Source: Podarcis tiliguerta (taxonomy: Eukaryota). From it: DNA of 64,000 nt. The DNA lies in NCBI GenBank assembly GCA_965153285.1, contig OZ229119.1; one strand, 5' to 3'. This document shows, one piece after another, positions 1 through 11,246 of this stretch. Numbering within the stretch: position 1 is the first letter of the stretch; each line of letters opens with the position of its first letter. The notes under the pieces are model-generated. The model did no database searches. It had not been told where the DNA came from and saw nothing but the letters and a program-made list of their open reading frames with translations. The translations under genes were made by a program, and so were the position numbers.

Positions 1-1638
1 GAACATGATCTTTATACATCCACGAAACATAAAGCAGATACAGGCCTGACACTAAAGCATAAATCAGAAAAATATTGCTGCCTGCACCTCAACTCTTTTG
101 CCTTTGGGAAAGGGACATCATGTTCCCTGGCCAAAATGATTCACCATCTTGAATTGTACTGCGCTCCTCTTCCCTGCATAGTAAACACATCCAGAAAGTG
201 TTGATTTGACTTGGAAAGACCTACAAGGCAAAACCTTTGGCAGCAGAAGAAAGGGCTTTGTCTGTAAATTACCTAATCAAGTAGATATTCTTTGTTTTCA
301 CAAAATGTGGAGTTTTTAAAAATAAGGATGCTGATCTTTCCAAATTTGGAGGCCCTGGGATTTTTGCAGGGAAAACAAATATTTGATCTGTTGAGGTTTG
401 GCACAGAAAGGCTTGCACTGTTAATTAATTGTATTTATTTTATTTCACATCTATTTTGTCTAGACTTGACTAGACATTTTACTAAAGAGTGTGTTCTGAT
501 GCTAATATAAACTTTTCACAGCCCTGGTGAGAAATGAACTCAAAAGATCTCTAAGCAAAACTTAACTTATGAAATTCTTTGCTATTTGGTATCTTTTAAT
601 AGAAAGTTAAATTGAACATTTTCACTTAAACATTTATGAACAAAAATACTTAACACCATGGTAAAATTACGCAATTAAGTCAAGTGAAAATCTATATTTG
701 ATATCATTTTTACATATTGAATGTGGGAGGATTATCCAATTGGTCATAGTCCTATTTTTCCTGTAATCCAAGTTATCGTATTTTTTAAAAAAATGGTTAT
801 AGTTAAGACATACTTTGCAGACACCCCACAGCAGCCTTCCCTAATCAGGAGCATGAGTGTGCTTGCGAGGACTGATGGGAGTTGTAGTCCAAAAATTTTG
901 GAGGCCACCAGTTTGCAGAAGACAGCCTTCTTTGAACAGCTTCCTGTTGCATAAATCTGTGAACTGAAGAGCCTGCAAATGTGAGGGAGATAAATGGGAG
1001 GGCATCTGCCTACAGTGTGGGGAAGTGAAACAAAGAGGGTAAACCATAAGCTCTTTATAACCTGCAGGGGTATAAAACACTGCAGAAGAAATAGGAAGGA
1101 AATGGATACATTATAGGGTTATTCAAAGACTGCCCTTGACATATATAGCAGGCCACTTTGCAAAGTGTTACTGAAGCCACCTCCAAGTTTTAATAGAAAT
1201 CTTACAAAGGAAAATGCTTAAAAAGGAAATGGACATGTCATCTCCTGCTACCCCTCCCTCAGTTCCATAGCCTTTATTAACTAGAGTATTTGGTGTGTTG
1301 GTTTGGAATTTCCTCCTCTCAAAGATTATCTTGTAGGATTTATTTTCTCTCCTACAACTCCCACCCTACATCTTGAAATTGCAGATATAAATGAATCTTT
1401 TTGGCCAAAGTATGGGTTGTATTTTATTATCATCCCTTTGTTATATAGTGATGTACTTTACTGTAAAGTTCATTTATAGATTTATTGTAGCATTTTTTTA
1501 TTGTTGGATTGTTTTCACATTTGGTTGTCTTGATGCTATTTCTTCATGTCTGATGTGAACCCCTTTGAACTTCCTTCTGAGGGCAACAAAAGAGTTACAA
1601 ATAGGTGTCACGATCTCTGTCTTAGAGAAATAATAAAT

Positions 1639-1692
1639 ACCTACTGTGTAGTTTTTTCCTAAAACCTACTGTGTAGTTTTTTCCTAAAACCT
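1639..1692. repeat. 25-bp tandem duplication (ACCTACTGTGTAGTTTTTTCCTAAA x2)
   Basis: Two exact adjacent copies. Confidence 0.9.
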
Positions 1693-1882
1693 CTCCTATA
1701 GGATACCCACCACCTCTCCATATATGTTTTCTCCATCTATCTAATTTAAATGTTAATTGGCTAGCATATCCTGTCTCCTGCACAGTTCTTCCCTGTTGTA
1801 ACAACTTTAATGAGGTGGGTGTTCTAAACTGGGCATGGTATGAAACCTTTCTTTAGAACTCAACTGTTCTTTGGTTTTTTAG

Positions 1883-1973
1883 GGTCTGGGACCTGGAAGG
1901 AAACTTGACCACTGACTTTGTTCTACGTTCTCCTGGAGTGAGTGTGGGCTGGCATCCTGAAGATGCATTCAAA
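1883..1973 (+). CDS. NUP37: NUP37 internal coding exon (VWDLEGNLTTDFVLRSPGVSVGWHPEDAFK); earlier exons lie upstream of the window
   Basis: ttttttag acceptor and AAA|gtcagt donor; translation matches the recalled human NUP37 WD40 segment RIWNLEG...SPGMSVCWHPEETFK; frame joins the next exon. Confidence 0.93.
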
Positions 1974-2149
1974 GTCAGTATGCTACAGGCAATTTTTCCT
2001 TGGTGATGCACCTTTGATTTACCCGTAGTTAGTCATAGGTCACAAAACTGAAGCTTGTCTGAATTCGATTGTTTTTTGAACAATCTAAAATGCCATCCCC
2101 AAAGCCAACATGAGATGACTCATTCCTGTCCCCCAGCAACTTGAAAGTA

Positions 2150-3807
2150 CCGTATTTTTCGTCCCATAGGACGCTCCGTCCCATAGGACGCACCTAGTTT
2201 TTTGGGGGGGAAATAAAGGGAAAAAAAATTTCCTTTATTTTCCCCCCAAAAGCAGGTCCGGGAAACCCAACCAGGTCGAGGAACAGCGGGGTGGCGGCGC
2301 TGCGCCTCCCTGCTGTCCCCCGAGCTTGTGGGGCTGGCCAATGTCTGCCCGGCGTGAGGGGCGCCCTGAAGCAGAGCGCCCCTCGCGCCAGGCTGCAGGC
2401 TGCTATCTGCAGCGTGGGGAGCGCTGCGGGGAACTCCTGCAGCGTTCCCCATGCTGCGGGTGTCTGCCTGGCGCGAGGGGCGCCCTGAAGCAGAGCGGCC
2501 CTCGCGCCAGGCTGCAGGCTGCTATCTGCAGCGTGGGGAGCGCTGCGGGGAACTCCTGGAGGGCTCCCCACGCTGCGGGTGTCTGCCTGGCGTGAGGGGC
2601 GCCCTGAAGCAGAGCGCCCCTCGCGCCAGGCAGCAGGCTGCTATCTGCAGCGTGGGGAGCGCTGCGGGGAACTCCTGCAGCGTTCCCCATGCTGCGGGTG
2701 TCTGCCTGGCACGAGGGGTGCCCTGAAGCAGAGCGCCCCTCGCGCCAGGCAGCAGGCTGCTATCTGCAGCGTGGGGAGCGCTGCGGGGAACTCCTGCAGC
2801 GTTCCCCATGCTGCGGGTGTCTGCCTGGCGCGAGGGGCGCCCTGAAGCAGAGCGCCCCTCGCGCCAGGCAGCAGGCTGCTATCTGCAGCGTGGGGAGCAC
2901 TGCGGGGAACTCCTGCAGCGTTCCCCATGCTGCGGGTGTCTGCCTGGCGTGAGGGGCGCCCTGAAGCAGAGCGCCCCTCGCGCCAGGCAGCAGGCTGCTA
3001 TCTGCAGCGTGGGGAGCGCTGCGGGGAACTCCTGCAGCGTTCCCCATGCTGCGGGTGTCTGCCTGGCACGAGGGGCGCCCTGAAGCAGAGCGCCCCTCGC
3101 GCCAGGCAGCAGGCTGCTATCTGCAGCGTGGGGAGCGCTGCGGGGAACTCCTGCAGCGTTCCCCATGCTGCAGATGTATGCCCGGCGCGAGGGGCGCTCT
3201 GCTTCAGGGCGCCCCGCCCGCCGGGCTGCAGGCTGCTATCCGCAGCGTGGGGAGCGCTGCAGGGAACTCCTGGAGGGCTCCCTACGCTGCAGGTGTCTGC
3301 CTGGCGTGAGGGGCGCTCTGCTTCAGGGCACCCCTCGCCAGGCGGCAGGCTGCTATCCGCAGCGTGGGGAGCGCTGCAGGGAACTCCTGGAGGGCTCCCC
3401 ACGCTGCGGGTGTCTGCCCGGCGCGAGGGGCGCTCTGCTTCAGGGCGCCCCACCCGCCGGGCGGCAGGCTGCTATCCGCAGCCTAGACATCCCTGCGGGA
3501 CCTCCTGCAGGGCTGCCTAGGGTGCGGATGTGTTCCCCAAGCGCCGGGCGCTCTGCTTTCAGGGCGCCCGACGCTCCGGGAAGCAGGCTGCTATCCGCAG
3601 CCTAGACATCCCTGCGGGACCTCCCGCAGGGCTGCCTAGGCTGCGGATGTCTTCCTGAAGCCTGGAGAGCGAGAGGGGTTGGTGCGCACCGACCGCTCTC
3701 GCTCTCCACGCTTCAGCGAAAGCCTGCATTCGCCCCATAGGACGCACCCAGATTTCCGCTTCATTTTTGGAGGGGGAAAAGTGCGTCTTATAGGGCGAAA
3801 AATACGG
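2150..3807 (+). mobile_element. Non-autonomous Tc1/mariner-superfamily (Tc2/pogo-like, CCGTA termini) DNA transposon carrying a 119-bp minisatellite, in a NUP37 intron
   Basis: TA on both sides (2148-2149, 3808-3809); TIRs CCGTATTTTTCGTCCCATAGGACGC and reverse complement CCGTATTTTTCGCCCTATAAGACGC; subterminal CCCATAGGACGC repeats; no transposase ORF; strand arbitrary. Confidence 0.85.
2342..3650. repeat. GC-rich tandem array of about 11 units of 117-119 bp, each made of two hairpins
   Basis: Loop motif CCTGAAGCAGA at 2365, 2484, 2603, 2722, 2841, 2960, 3079 (period 119); its reverse complement at 3198, 3317, 3434, 3552. Confidence 0.95.
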
Positions 3808-4480
3808 TATTCACAGACTTATGAATCAGCATCTTTTAAGCACTGCAGCAGGCTGAAGTCTGTGTCATGGCACAACAGAATGAACTGAGTTGTCCCGGTA
3901 CCTGATCCTACAAAAGAAGTCCAAGCTCTCTATATAGTTAAACCACCCATGAGTTCTTCAAAATAATATATTTAAAGTAGGGCAGGGGTTTATGAAGTGT
4001 AGATGATCTTTGTATGGAGACATTACTTGTGGTCACCACTGATTTTCCCCCAAGGTGGTTTGGCATACACTGTGGAGGGGCTTATTCCAGACTATGGGGG
4101 AAGTTTGAATACCTGAAAGCACAGGACAAAATTAGAGATCAACTTGGCCTATCCGTCCCCAAGTTCAAGACTGGGGAGAGGGGGGCAAGTCTTCATCCTA
4201 CACTTCAGAGATATCTAGATAGTACCAAGGCATGGAGCAAGCCAAAGATGTGACCTCTTGTTTTGGGAAAAGGTGGGTCAGTCATTTACTGAAGTTTTAC
4301 ACTTTGGAAATTGAGTCCCTAAAAGGGCAGTGTGAACAAGGTGGGGTTTGTAAAATATAAATCCCTTACCTGATATTGTAATATTTATTACAGGGATTCG
4401 GGTTTATTTAGGTTTGGGAAGTAAAAATTTAAGGTCTGCTGTTCAAAAGTTATTGTAACCTCATTTTACTTTTCTTTTAG

Positions 4481-4662
4481 TTAATGGTTGCAGAGAAAAA
4501 CGGAACAATACGATTCTATGATCTCGTCACCCACCAAGCTATTTTGTCTCTCACAACTGATCAAACACCACTGATGTCAGCAAACTGGTGTTTAAAAAAT
4601 ACTTTTAAAGTTGGAGCAGTTGCTGGAAATGACTGGTTTATCTGGGACATTACTCGATCTAG
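4481..4662 (+). CDS. NUP37: NUP37 coding exon (LMVAEKNGTIRFYDL...GNDWFIWDITRS)
   Basis: ttcttttag acceptor, AG|gtattt donor; overlaps ORF 4484..4765; closely matches the recalled NUP37 sequence. Confidence 0.96.
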
Positions 4663-4850
4663 GTATTTTTATCAAAAGCTTTGCTCTTTTTTGTATTTGT
4701 GTAACCTGTTCTTAAACTTTTACATTCATATAAACATAGGGGGTAACTATGTCAAAGATGAATGATCAATTCCTTTTCTGGGGTTTTTATAACTGTCCTA
4801 TAAACTGAAGTGTGGGTATCACTTATAAATTGTTCTGTTTTCTTTTACAG

Positions 4851-4901
4851 TTATCCTTTGGATAAGAGACCTGTCCATGCAGATAGAGCTAGATTATTCA
4901 G
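4851..4901 (+). CDS. NUP37: NUP37 coding exon (SYPLDKRPVHADRARLFR), 51 bp
   Basis: ttttacag acceptor, AG|gtattt donor, phase 2 at both ends; matches human SYPQNKRPVHMDRACLFR. Confidence 0.93.
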
Positions 4902-5660
4902 GTATTTTGTCCTAAACTGCATCTGCTGAAGTGGCCTCTACTCTATTATTTTTTTTGTTAGGGATTGTTTGTTTTTGTCCTACATGTAGTATTTACTTTT
5001 CAGAAATACTATACAGCTTCTCTTTTTGTAAGTATACCATGAATTGTTAATATTTGCCCTAGTCTATTAGTCTCTTGAAGAGAACGAGTAAGTAAAGGGA
5101 GAACTGTGACACAACTTAAAAATATTTTTAACAAAACCATTGCCTTCTAAATAATCATTTAAACATTTTTTTTTGGGGGGGGGGAGAAGAGTCTTTGAGG
5201 TAACAGATAATAGTAAAAACCCTAATTGAGAAGCAGCTTATAGCAACCAAGTAAAAACAAGGTGGGGAGAAAATTATTTTTAAACAAGCAATATACTATT
5301 GCTTTTTTCCATATATATCTGATAGTGCTACAGATAAATTTGATTTCTCACTTTGTGAGACAGTAATACATATAAAGTATTTGCTGCCTGCATGATTGGT
5401 TGTAGGTAACATTTATACTTGTAAATGCAGAAAAAAATATGTTTGCGTATACATGTGTAAATACATATATACACATTCTCTCTTACTGGGAATCACCCAG
5501 TCAAATTTAAACATTCTCTTGAGTCTCAAGTGCTATACTCTCATTGAAATCTATTAGATTCAAGGGTGCTAACTTTGACTGTATTACAACCTGTGTATTT
5601 AGTATACTCTATTTTAATATTTCTTTTAAGAACATTTGTGGTTTGGGCTTCTGTATATAG

Positions 5661-5754
5661 GTGGTCCCAAGTCAATGAAAACTTGTTTGCTACAACTGGA
5701 TATCCAGGCAAAATGACCAGCCAGCTTCTAGTCCATCATTTGGGACATCCTCAG
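5661..5754 (+). CDS. NUP37: NUP37 coding exon (WSQVNENLFATTGYPGKMTSQLLVHHLGHPQ)
   Basis: tatag acceptor, CAG|gtaaag donor; part of ORF 5566..5775; matches NUP37. Confidence 0.95.
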
Positions 5755-7525
5755 GTAAAGTTCATGCAAATATAACATGCAGAATAGCATTCTTACCTCC
5801 TCCCGCAAAACAGAAATATAAAATGGGCTCTTTCTAAGAACTTAGCACAATTGCAAGGCAGATAAGACACAGTCCAGTGTGGAGGTTTTTGTTCTTTCGT
5901 CTTGTGTCTCAAAATGAATATAAGTGGACTCAGTGTACTTTGAAACAACCTTATCAGAACATCTTGAGGAACACTGTCTGCAACCGTAGTGTCCAGAATA
6001 AAAGCGATGAAAAGCTCATAGGCTGTGATCCAATGAGCTACTTTAGATGTGATCAAGGGTTTAGGCATGCCCAAGGGATTTTTTTACTTTCTCCTTTTAA
6101 ACAGCAAACCCACCTGCCATATTGCAAACTGTTTTTGTTTGTTTTTTAAATTGCCTCATTTTCAAAAACAATTTGCCAGATTGCATGGAGGCCTGCTGTT
6201 CAAGAAGCAGGCACATCAGAACAAAATCTGGATTCCATTGGCTTCACAGTGTAATAGCCAATTAGAAGTTTTGTGACACTGTGATTGACTCTTTTTGAAA
6301 TGATACCTCCACTCCTGAGGCTTCATCTAATTTCCATTGTCTGTACAAGTTAAACTGGCTATAAAACTGAACTTTAGAGAAGAATGTCCATTAATATACT
6401 GGAAAAAAACTTTTTAAATTGCCTGAATATTTGCACTCAAGCTCTCGACTTTCTGTCTCGGAAAGGAATGCAAGGATGAAGGGACTCATGCACACATATG
6501 TATTTTGCACATCATATGTTACATACACATGGCTGAGCATGCATAAAGGCAGTTCCAATGTCCTGTTTGCAGGACTTCAAGCAGGCAAATTTTGAACCAG
6601 TTACTGAAATCAATGAGATGATAGCTTGTGAAGAGCGAAATGTGTACCAAGTTTAACTGAATTTAAGGCAGGTAGTATAGGTTCTTATTTTATTATTTTT
6701 AAATGTATATTATTTAAATTGAACGGTTTACATCATATTCACCCATGAACGACACTAAAAGACCAGCAGGTAAAAGGAGCAGATTCCAGATTAAAAAGCA
6801 AAACTTTTAAAACCCGGGGGTATGAAAAAAACTCTGCATCCAGTACTGAAAGGATCACAAAGGGTGTGCCCAGGCAAGCCACTCATTTAATTTTTTAATC
6901 CATGGTTTATTAGGGTTTGCACATTATTACATTATTGGTTCAGGGTGCTTCAGAGAGCCACCTTGCACCCGGACAAGCCCAGCTTCTGTCCAAAGCAGCC
7001 TGCTTTAACCTGAGAGTCTCCTGAATCTAATATACACCCTAACACAGACTATAAATTTGGAGAGTGAGTGGGTCTTGGTAGTTCTTGGGTAAGAACTTTG
7101 AAATATTTCAATCTACGCTTGAGCTGGCACAACAGACTTTTGTGAAGGGGTAGTAACAGGACCAGACTGAAGCAGTTGCTTCAGATTGCAGGTTCTATAG
7201 ATGCAGTGCCAGGCTTGTAGAAAGCTGTTGGGGGGTGGGGGACACTCCCCCAATTTATTTAAAAGGGCTTGGGTCTGGAGACATTTCCAGTGGCTTTTGG
7301 CTCTTATAACCCTTTCTTTAAGTCATTCTCTTCTGGCTTCTTGCTGCAAGTTTACAAGCAAGTTCCCCAGAGATATATGAAAACAATTTGGAAGGCAAAT
7401 GCAGGAGGTGATTGCCGGGTCATAGCATTGCAGCTGAAGAGTTCTTTAGAAATGATTTTAAAATTTATGTCTTGTTGTGCTCTAGATGTAAGATATCTAA
7501 TCTCCCTCTCCCTCTCTCTTTCCAG

Positions 7526-7639
7526 CCCATTCTTATCGGTTCTGCACCTGTAGGATCTGGCTTAACGTGGCATAGAACACTTCCATTATGTGCAGTGGGT
7601 GGAGATCATAAACTTTTTTTCTGGATGACAGAAATGTAA
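7526..7639 (+). CDS. NUP37: NUP37 last coding exon (PILIGSAPVGSGLTWHRTLPLCAVGGDHKLFFWMTEM*)
   Basis: Pyrimidine tract plus ccag acceptor; TAA stop at 7637-7639; matches the NUP37 C-terminus. Confidence 0.96.
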   Translation, partial: PILIGSAPVGSGLTWHRTLPLCAVGGDHKLFFWMTEM

Positions 7640-7844
7640 CCATTTATATAAAATCTGGGATTTTAACGTGAAGATATTAAATTAAACATATTTTATATTG
7701 CTGTTTACTTGCCAAATGATAGAGATATACCAAATGACTGCATACAAGGAACGAAGAATCTTTGCTGTACTTTTTCTTTTCAAGGCTACAGATGCAACCA
7801 GCTCCATCAAAGCAGGTTTTTTTTTGTTGGGGAGGGGAGTTTGT

Positions 7845-7850
7845 AATAAA
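7845..7850 (+). terminator. Candidate NUP37 polyadenylation signal AATAAA
   Basis: First AATAAA about 205 nt after the stop, followed by T/GT-rich sequence; ATTAAA alternatives at 7681 and 7921. Confidence 0.55.
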
Positions 7851-8324
7851 ATATTATTGTCTCTCTTGAGCAAGATGTATTGTTTTTTCACCTTGAAGAC
7901 AGGCTAGCTAAAATGTTAAAATTAAAGTTATACATTTGGTCCGTGCAAATCTTGTAGAAATACAGGGAAACATTTTCTTGTTCAGTTCTCATTTATTCAG
8001 TAGGGTGCACATGAGAAACATTCCAGATATTAAGGTACTATTAACTTGGCACATAATATGGTTATAATTCAGATATTTATATTCTCGCTAGAGAACCAGA
8101 CCAGTGTACTAGATAGGGTGCTCTGTTTGAACTGGAAAGGTCCTGGTTCAAATCCATGCTCAGACATGCACTCAATGGGCAGGTAAGTTTTTCTCAGTCT
8201 GGCTTAAGTAATTAAGTATTGTGGGAAGTGGAAGAGAGCAAATAGAATAACCCTCTTGCTCCTTGGGTGTAGAATACAGTTGTGATAAATAAGTAAAATT
8301 GTATGTAAAGACTAGCTAAAAATA

Positions 8325-9340
8325 CCGTATTTTTCGCACCATAGGACACACTTTTTTCCTCCTAAAAAGCAAGGGAAAATGTGTGTGCGTCCTATGGAGC
8401 GAATGCAGGGGGGAGGCAGGCAGGAAAAGCCCCCAGGAGCCACACACAAGCTCCATGCGCTCTTGCGGGCTTTTCCACAGGAGGGAGAAGGGACTGACTG
8501 GCCGCATCAGTCCCTTCTCCCACCTCCCAGAAAAGCCAGGAGAAGCCGCGATCTCTTTAAAGGGGTTGTGCGGCTTCTGCAGGCTTTTGCGAGAGGTGAG
8601 GGAATCCCCCCACCTCCCAGTAAATCCAGGAGAAGCCGTGCAGCCCTTTTAAAGTGCACGAGGCTTCTGCCGGTTTTGCGGGAGGTGGGTGAATTCCCCC
8701 ACTTCCCAGAAAAGCCAGGAGAAGCTGCGATCTCTTTAAAGGGGTTGCATGGCTTCTGCAGGCTTTCGGGAGAGGTGAGGGAATCCAACCACCTCCCAGG
8801 AAAACCAGGAGAAGCCGTGCAGCCCTTTTAAAGTGCGCGCGGCTTCTGCCGGTTTTGCGGGAGGTGGGGGAATTCCCCCACTTCCCAGAAAAGCCAGGAG
8901 GAGCCGTGATCTCTTTAAAGGGGTTGTGTGGCTTCTGCGGGCTTTTGGGAGAGGTGAGGGAATCCAACCACCTCCCAGGAAAGCCCTGTGCAGCGTCTCT
9001 TGGCAAGGAGAGGCTGCACGGGGCTAAAAGGGAAGCCAAAACAGCGAGCGGGATCCATCCCGCTCGCTGCCTTGGCTTGCTGCATAGCTGTGCGCAACCC
9101 CTCCGGCAAGGAGAGGCTGCACGGGGCTCTGGCTTCTTTAGCCCTGCGCAGCGTCTCCCGGCAAGGGCTAAAGAGGAAGCCTTGGCTTGTGCCATAGCCG
9201 CGTGCAACCCCTCCGGCAGGGAGAGGTTGTGCGCAGCTTGTACGCTGATCTTTGGGGCTGGGGGGGGGGAGATTTTTTTTCTTGATTTCCCCCTCTAAAA
9301 ACCCTATGGTCCGGTGCGCCCTATGGTGCGAAAAATACGG
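8325..9340 (-). mobile_element. Second Tc2/pogo-like non-autonomous element with related ends, opposite orientation, carrying a different (about 90/179-bp) minisatellite
   Basis: TA flanks (8323-8324, 9341-9342); TIR CCGTATTTTTCGCACCATAGG at both ends; its left subterminal region is the reverse complement of the right subterminal region of the 2150-3807 element. Confidence 0.85.
8521..8985. repeat. Tandem array of about 90-bp palindromic units alternating A/B (179-bp higher-order repeat)
   Basis: Units start at 8521, 8611, 8700, 8790, 8879 and 8969 (partial); each is centred on TTTAAA. Confidence 0.9.
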
Positions 9341-10176
9341 TAATCTCTTTTTTTACCTATGGTCAAACCTGTTCATCAACTGATTTGCCTCTAGGTGCCT
9401 TAGGTATGCTGGATGATGGGTGTGATGTGCCTGCCACCCCCCATCAAATTGCCTTAACCTTTTGCCAGCTCCATCTAATCGCATCTGTCTACCAGTGGGT
9501 AAACCAGTCTACTTCACACATAAGGGAGGGGGAACAAATTGCTAATATTTTAAATGAAGTTCAAAGGTAATCTTAGAATTGTTTAATGAGACAATAGAAC
9601 CTAGATTTCAATCATGGAAGGAAAAAAATAAAGTCAGTTTTTGAAAGAGAAAAAGCTGCATGGATGGAAGCTTGTGACAAAACAAAGGACTTTTGCCAAA
9701 GAACTAGTAACTTCTCTTCAACAGTTAAAGGGGGAGATCTGAGAATTGATAGCCATTAGAACATCAAACCACTAACCAGGATTGTGATGGGGATGCCTCT
9801 TATTACTAATTGAAAAGCATCCGAGGAGATGGGAGGGCAGATACCACAGAGGGGGCTGACAGACAGAAGGGCAGAGGGGCATAGCTCTGTTTCCATTCTA
9901 GAAAAAGAGGGAGCCTCCTATTTTGCTTAGCACAGAGTTACATGTCCACAATAAAATGTTAGCTACATCAGTGTGGTGATTAAAAATTAAACTAGATTTT
10001 GTTAACCTTGGAATGGCATTTTCCAAGCTATTTTGTTCCTAAATATTAGATTCATTGGTGGGGCTTCCATTTTTAAAACAGCTGCCTTTCTTTATGGGGG
10101 GAGGGGGAAGAATTTGTATGACGCTAATGATGGGAGGAATGAGGGCTCATGACATGTTTATGTATCCCTTTGCAAT

Positions 10177-10290
10177 GGTGCAGCAGTAAAACTGCTAGCA
10201 CATTGGCAAAGCTAAGCAGGGTCCAGTATGGCTTCAAACTGGAGGACCACATGTTAAGATTGCTGGGGGTTGGACTAGATGATCCTCAAG
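10177..10290 (+). mobile_element. Degenerate repeat with a 5S rRNA-like segment and a CR1-like 3' part (copy 1)
   Basis: AAGCTAAGCAGGGTC at 10209-10223 matches 5S rRNA; GGGGGTTGGACTAGATGA is CR1-tail-like; paralogous to 38444-38607. Confidence 0.5.
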
Positions 10291-11246
10291 ATAATCTTCT
10301 ACAAATGCCTCTTGAAAAACATACCTGCAAGCTCAAATACAAAGACTGAACTCATTGCGGGATCCCAAAAATATGTGAAACAGTGTAGTGGGACACTTTG
10401 TGTCTTTGGTAGCAAAAAATATTGTCCTAGGTCCAGACAGACGATTAGCTTTTACAAAACAAGTCCAAGATCTCCCAATAGTTAAATCTACCCATGTGTT
10501 TTTTGAAATTAAGAACTGTGTGTTATTTCCTATTCATTTGAATTTACCAGAGAATTTACTGGAGCACTTTGCTTTTATGTAGATCACATAAGTCAAAAGT
10601 CAAGCAATGTTTCATTTTCATTTGAGTAAAAAAGGAGGGAAAGGTTTCTTACAAACTCAACTGACATGGCTGCAGACCAAAGCAAACAGACATTTTGACT
10701 AAATGATGTTCATTGTGTGTTTTCAATTAAGTTAAAATTGCCCTTTTCTAAGCAGAAGAGGCATATGTCAGTGTGTCATGACCATTCTGTTACACATTAC
10801 AATCCTGATTCTATTGCTTGTTTGACTTGCTGCCACAAATATAAATCAACTACAAAAAAATACTGTGTATCTAAAACATAGACTGTGAGTATGTATTTGT
10901 ACAGAAGTTAATGTTCCTGTTGCCCACTAACTGGCATTCTCTTCAACACCCTGCCACCGGGTTACCATCTGTTGTTGGCTTGTATTCCCTGTATCCTTAG
11001 TCAAACAAAGGCTGGTATTATCTCACAACCTCTTCCACTGAAGCTTGGTGAACAATGTTAAAACACACAAATAGAAGCCATTCATCTTCTTAAAAGTATG
11101 AGACTGAGCATTCCTGTATGGATCAGTCTTGGAAGATCTATTTATCTATATACCTCTATTGCACACAAAAATGAAAAAATGTTACATAATGTGCAGTACA
11201 GAAACATTTCACGTACAGTACATGGTTTCATTGCAAAATGAGATTA

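Noticed and set aside
2342-3650. CRISPR-like appearance of regularly spaced palindromic repeats
   Set aside because: No unique spacers, no cas genes, vertebrate intron; it is a plain tandem array.
2120-3747. Stack of about 20 overlapping 62-197 aa ORFs with repeated peptides
   Set aside because: Produced by the GC-rich 119-bp array. The period is not a multiple of 3, so the same peptides cycle through frames on both strands; the array is intronic.
8379-9298. ORFs of 64-216 aa on both strands
   Set aside because: They lie within the minisatellite of the second Tc2-like element; no DDE transposase or other domain motifs.
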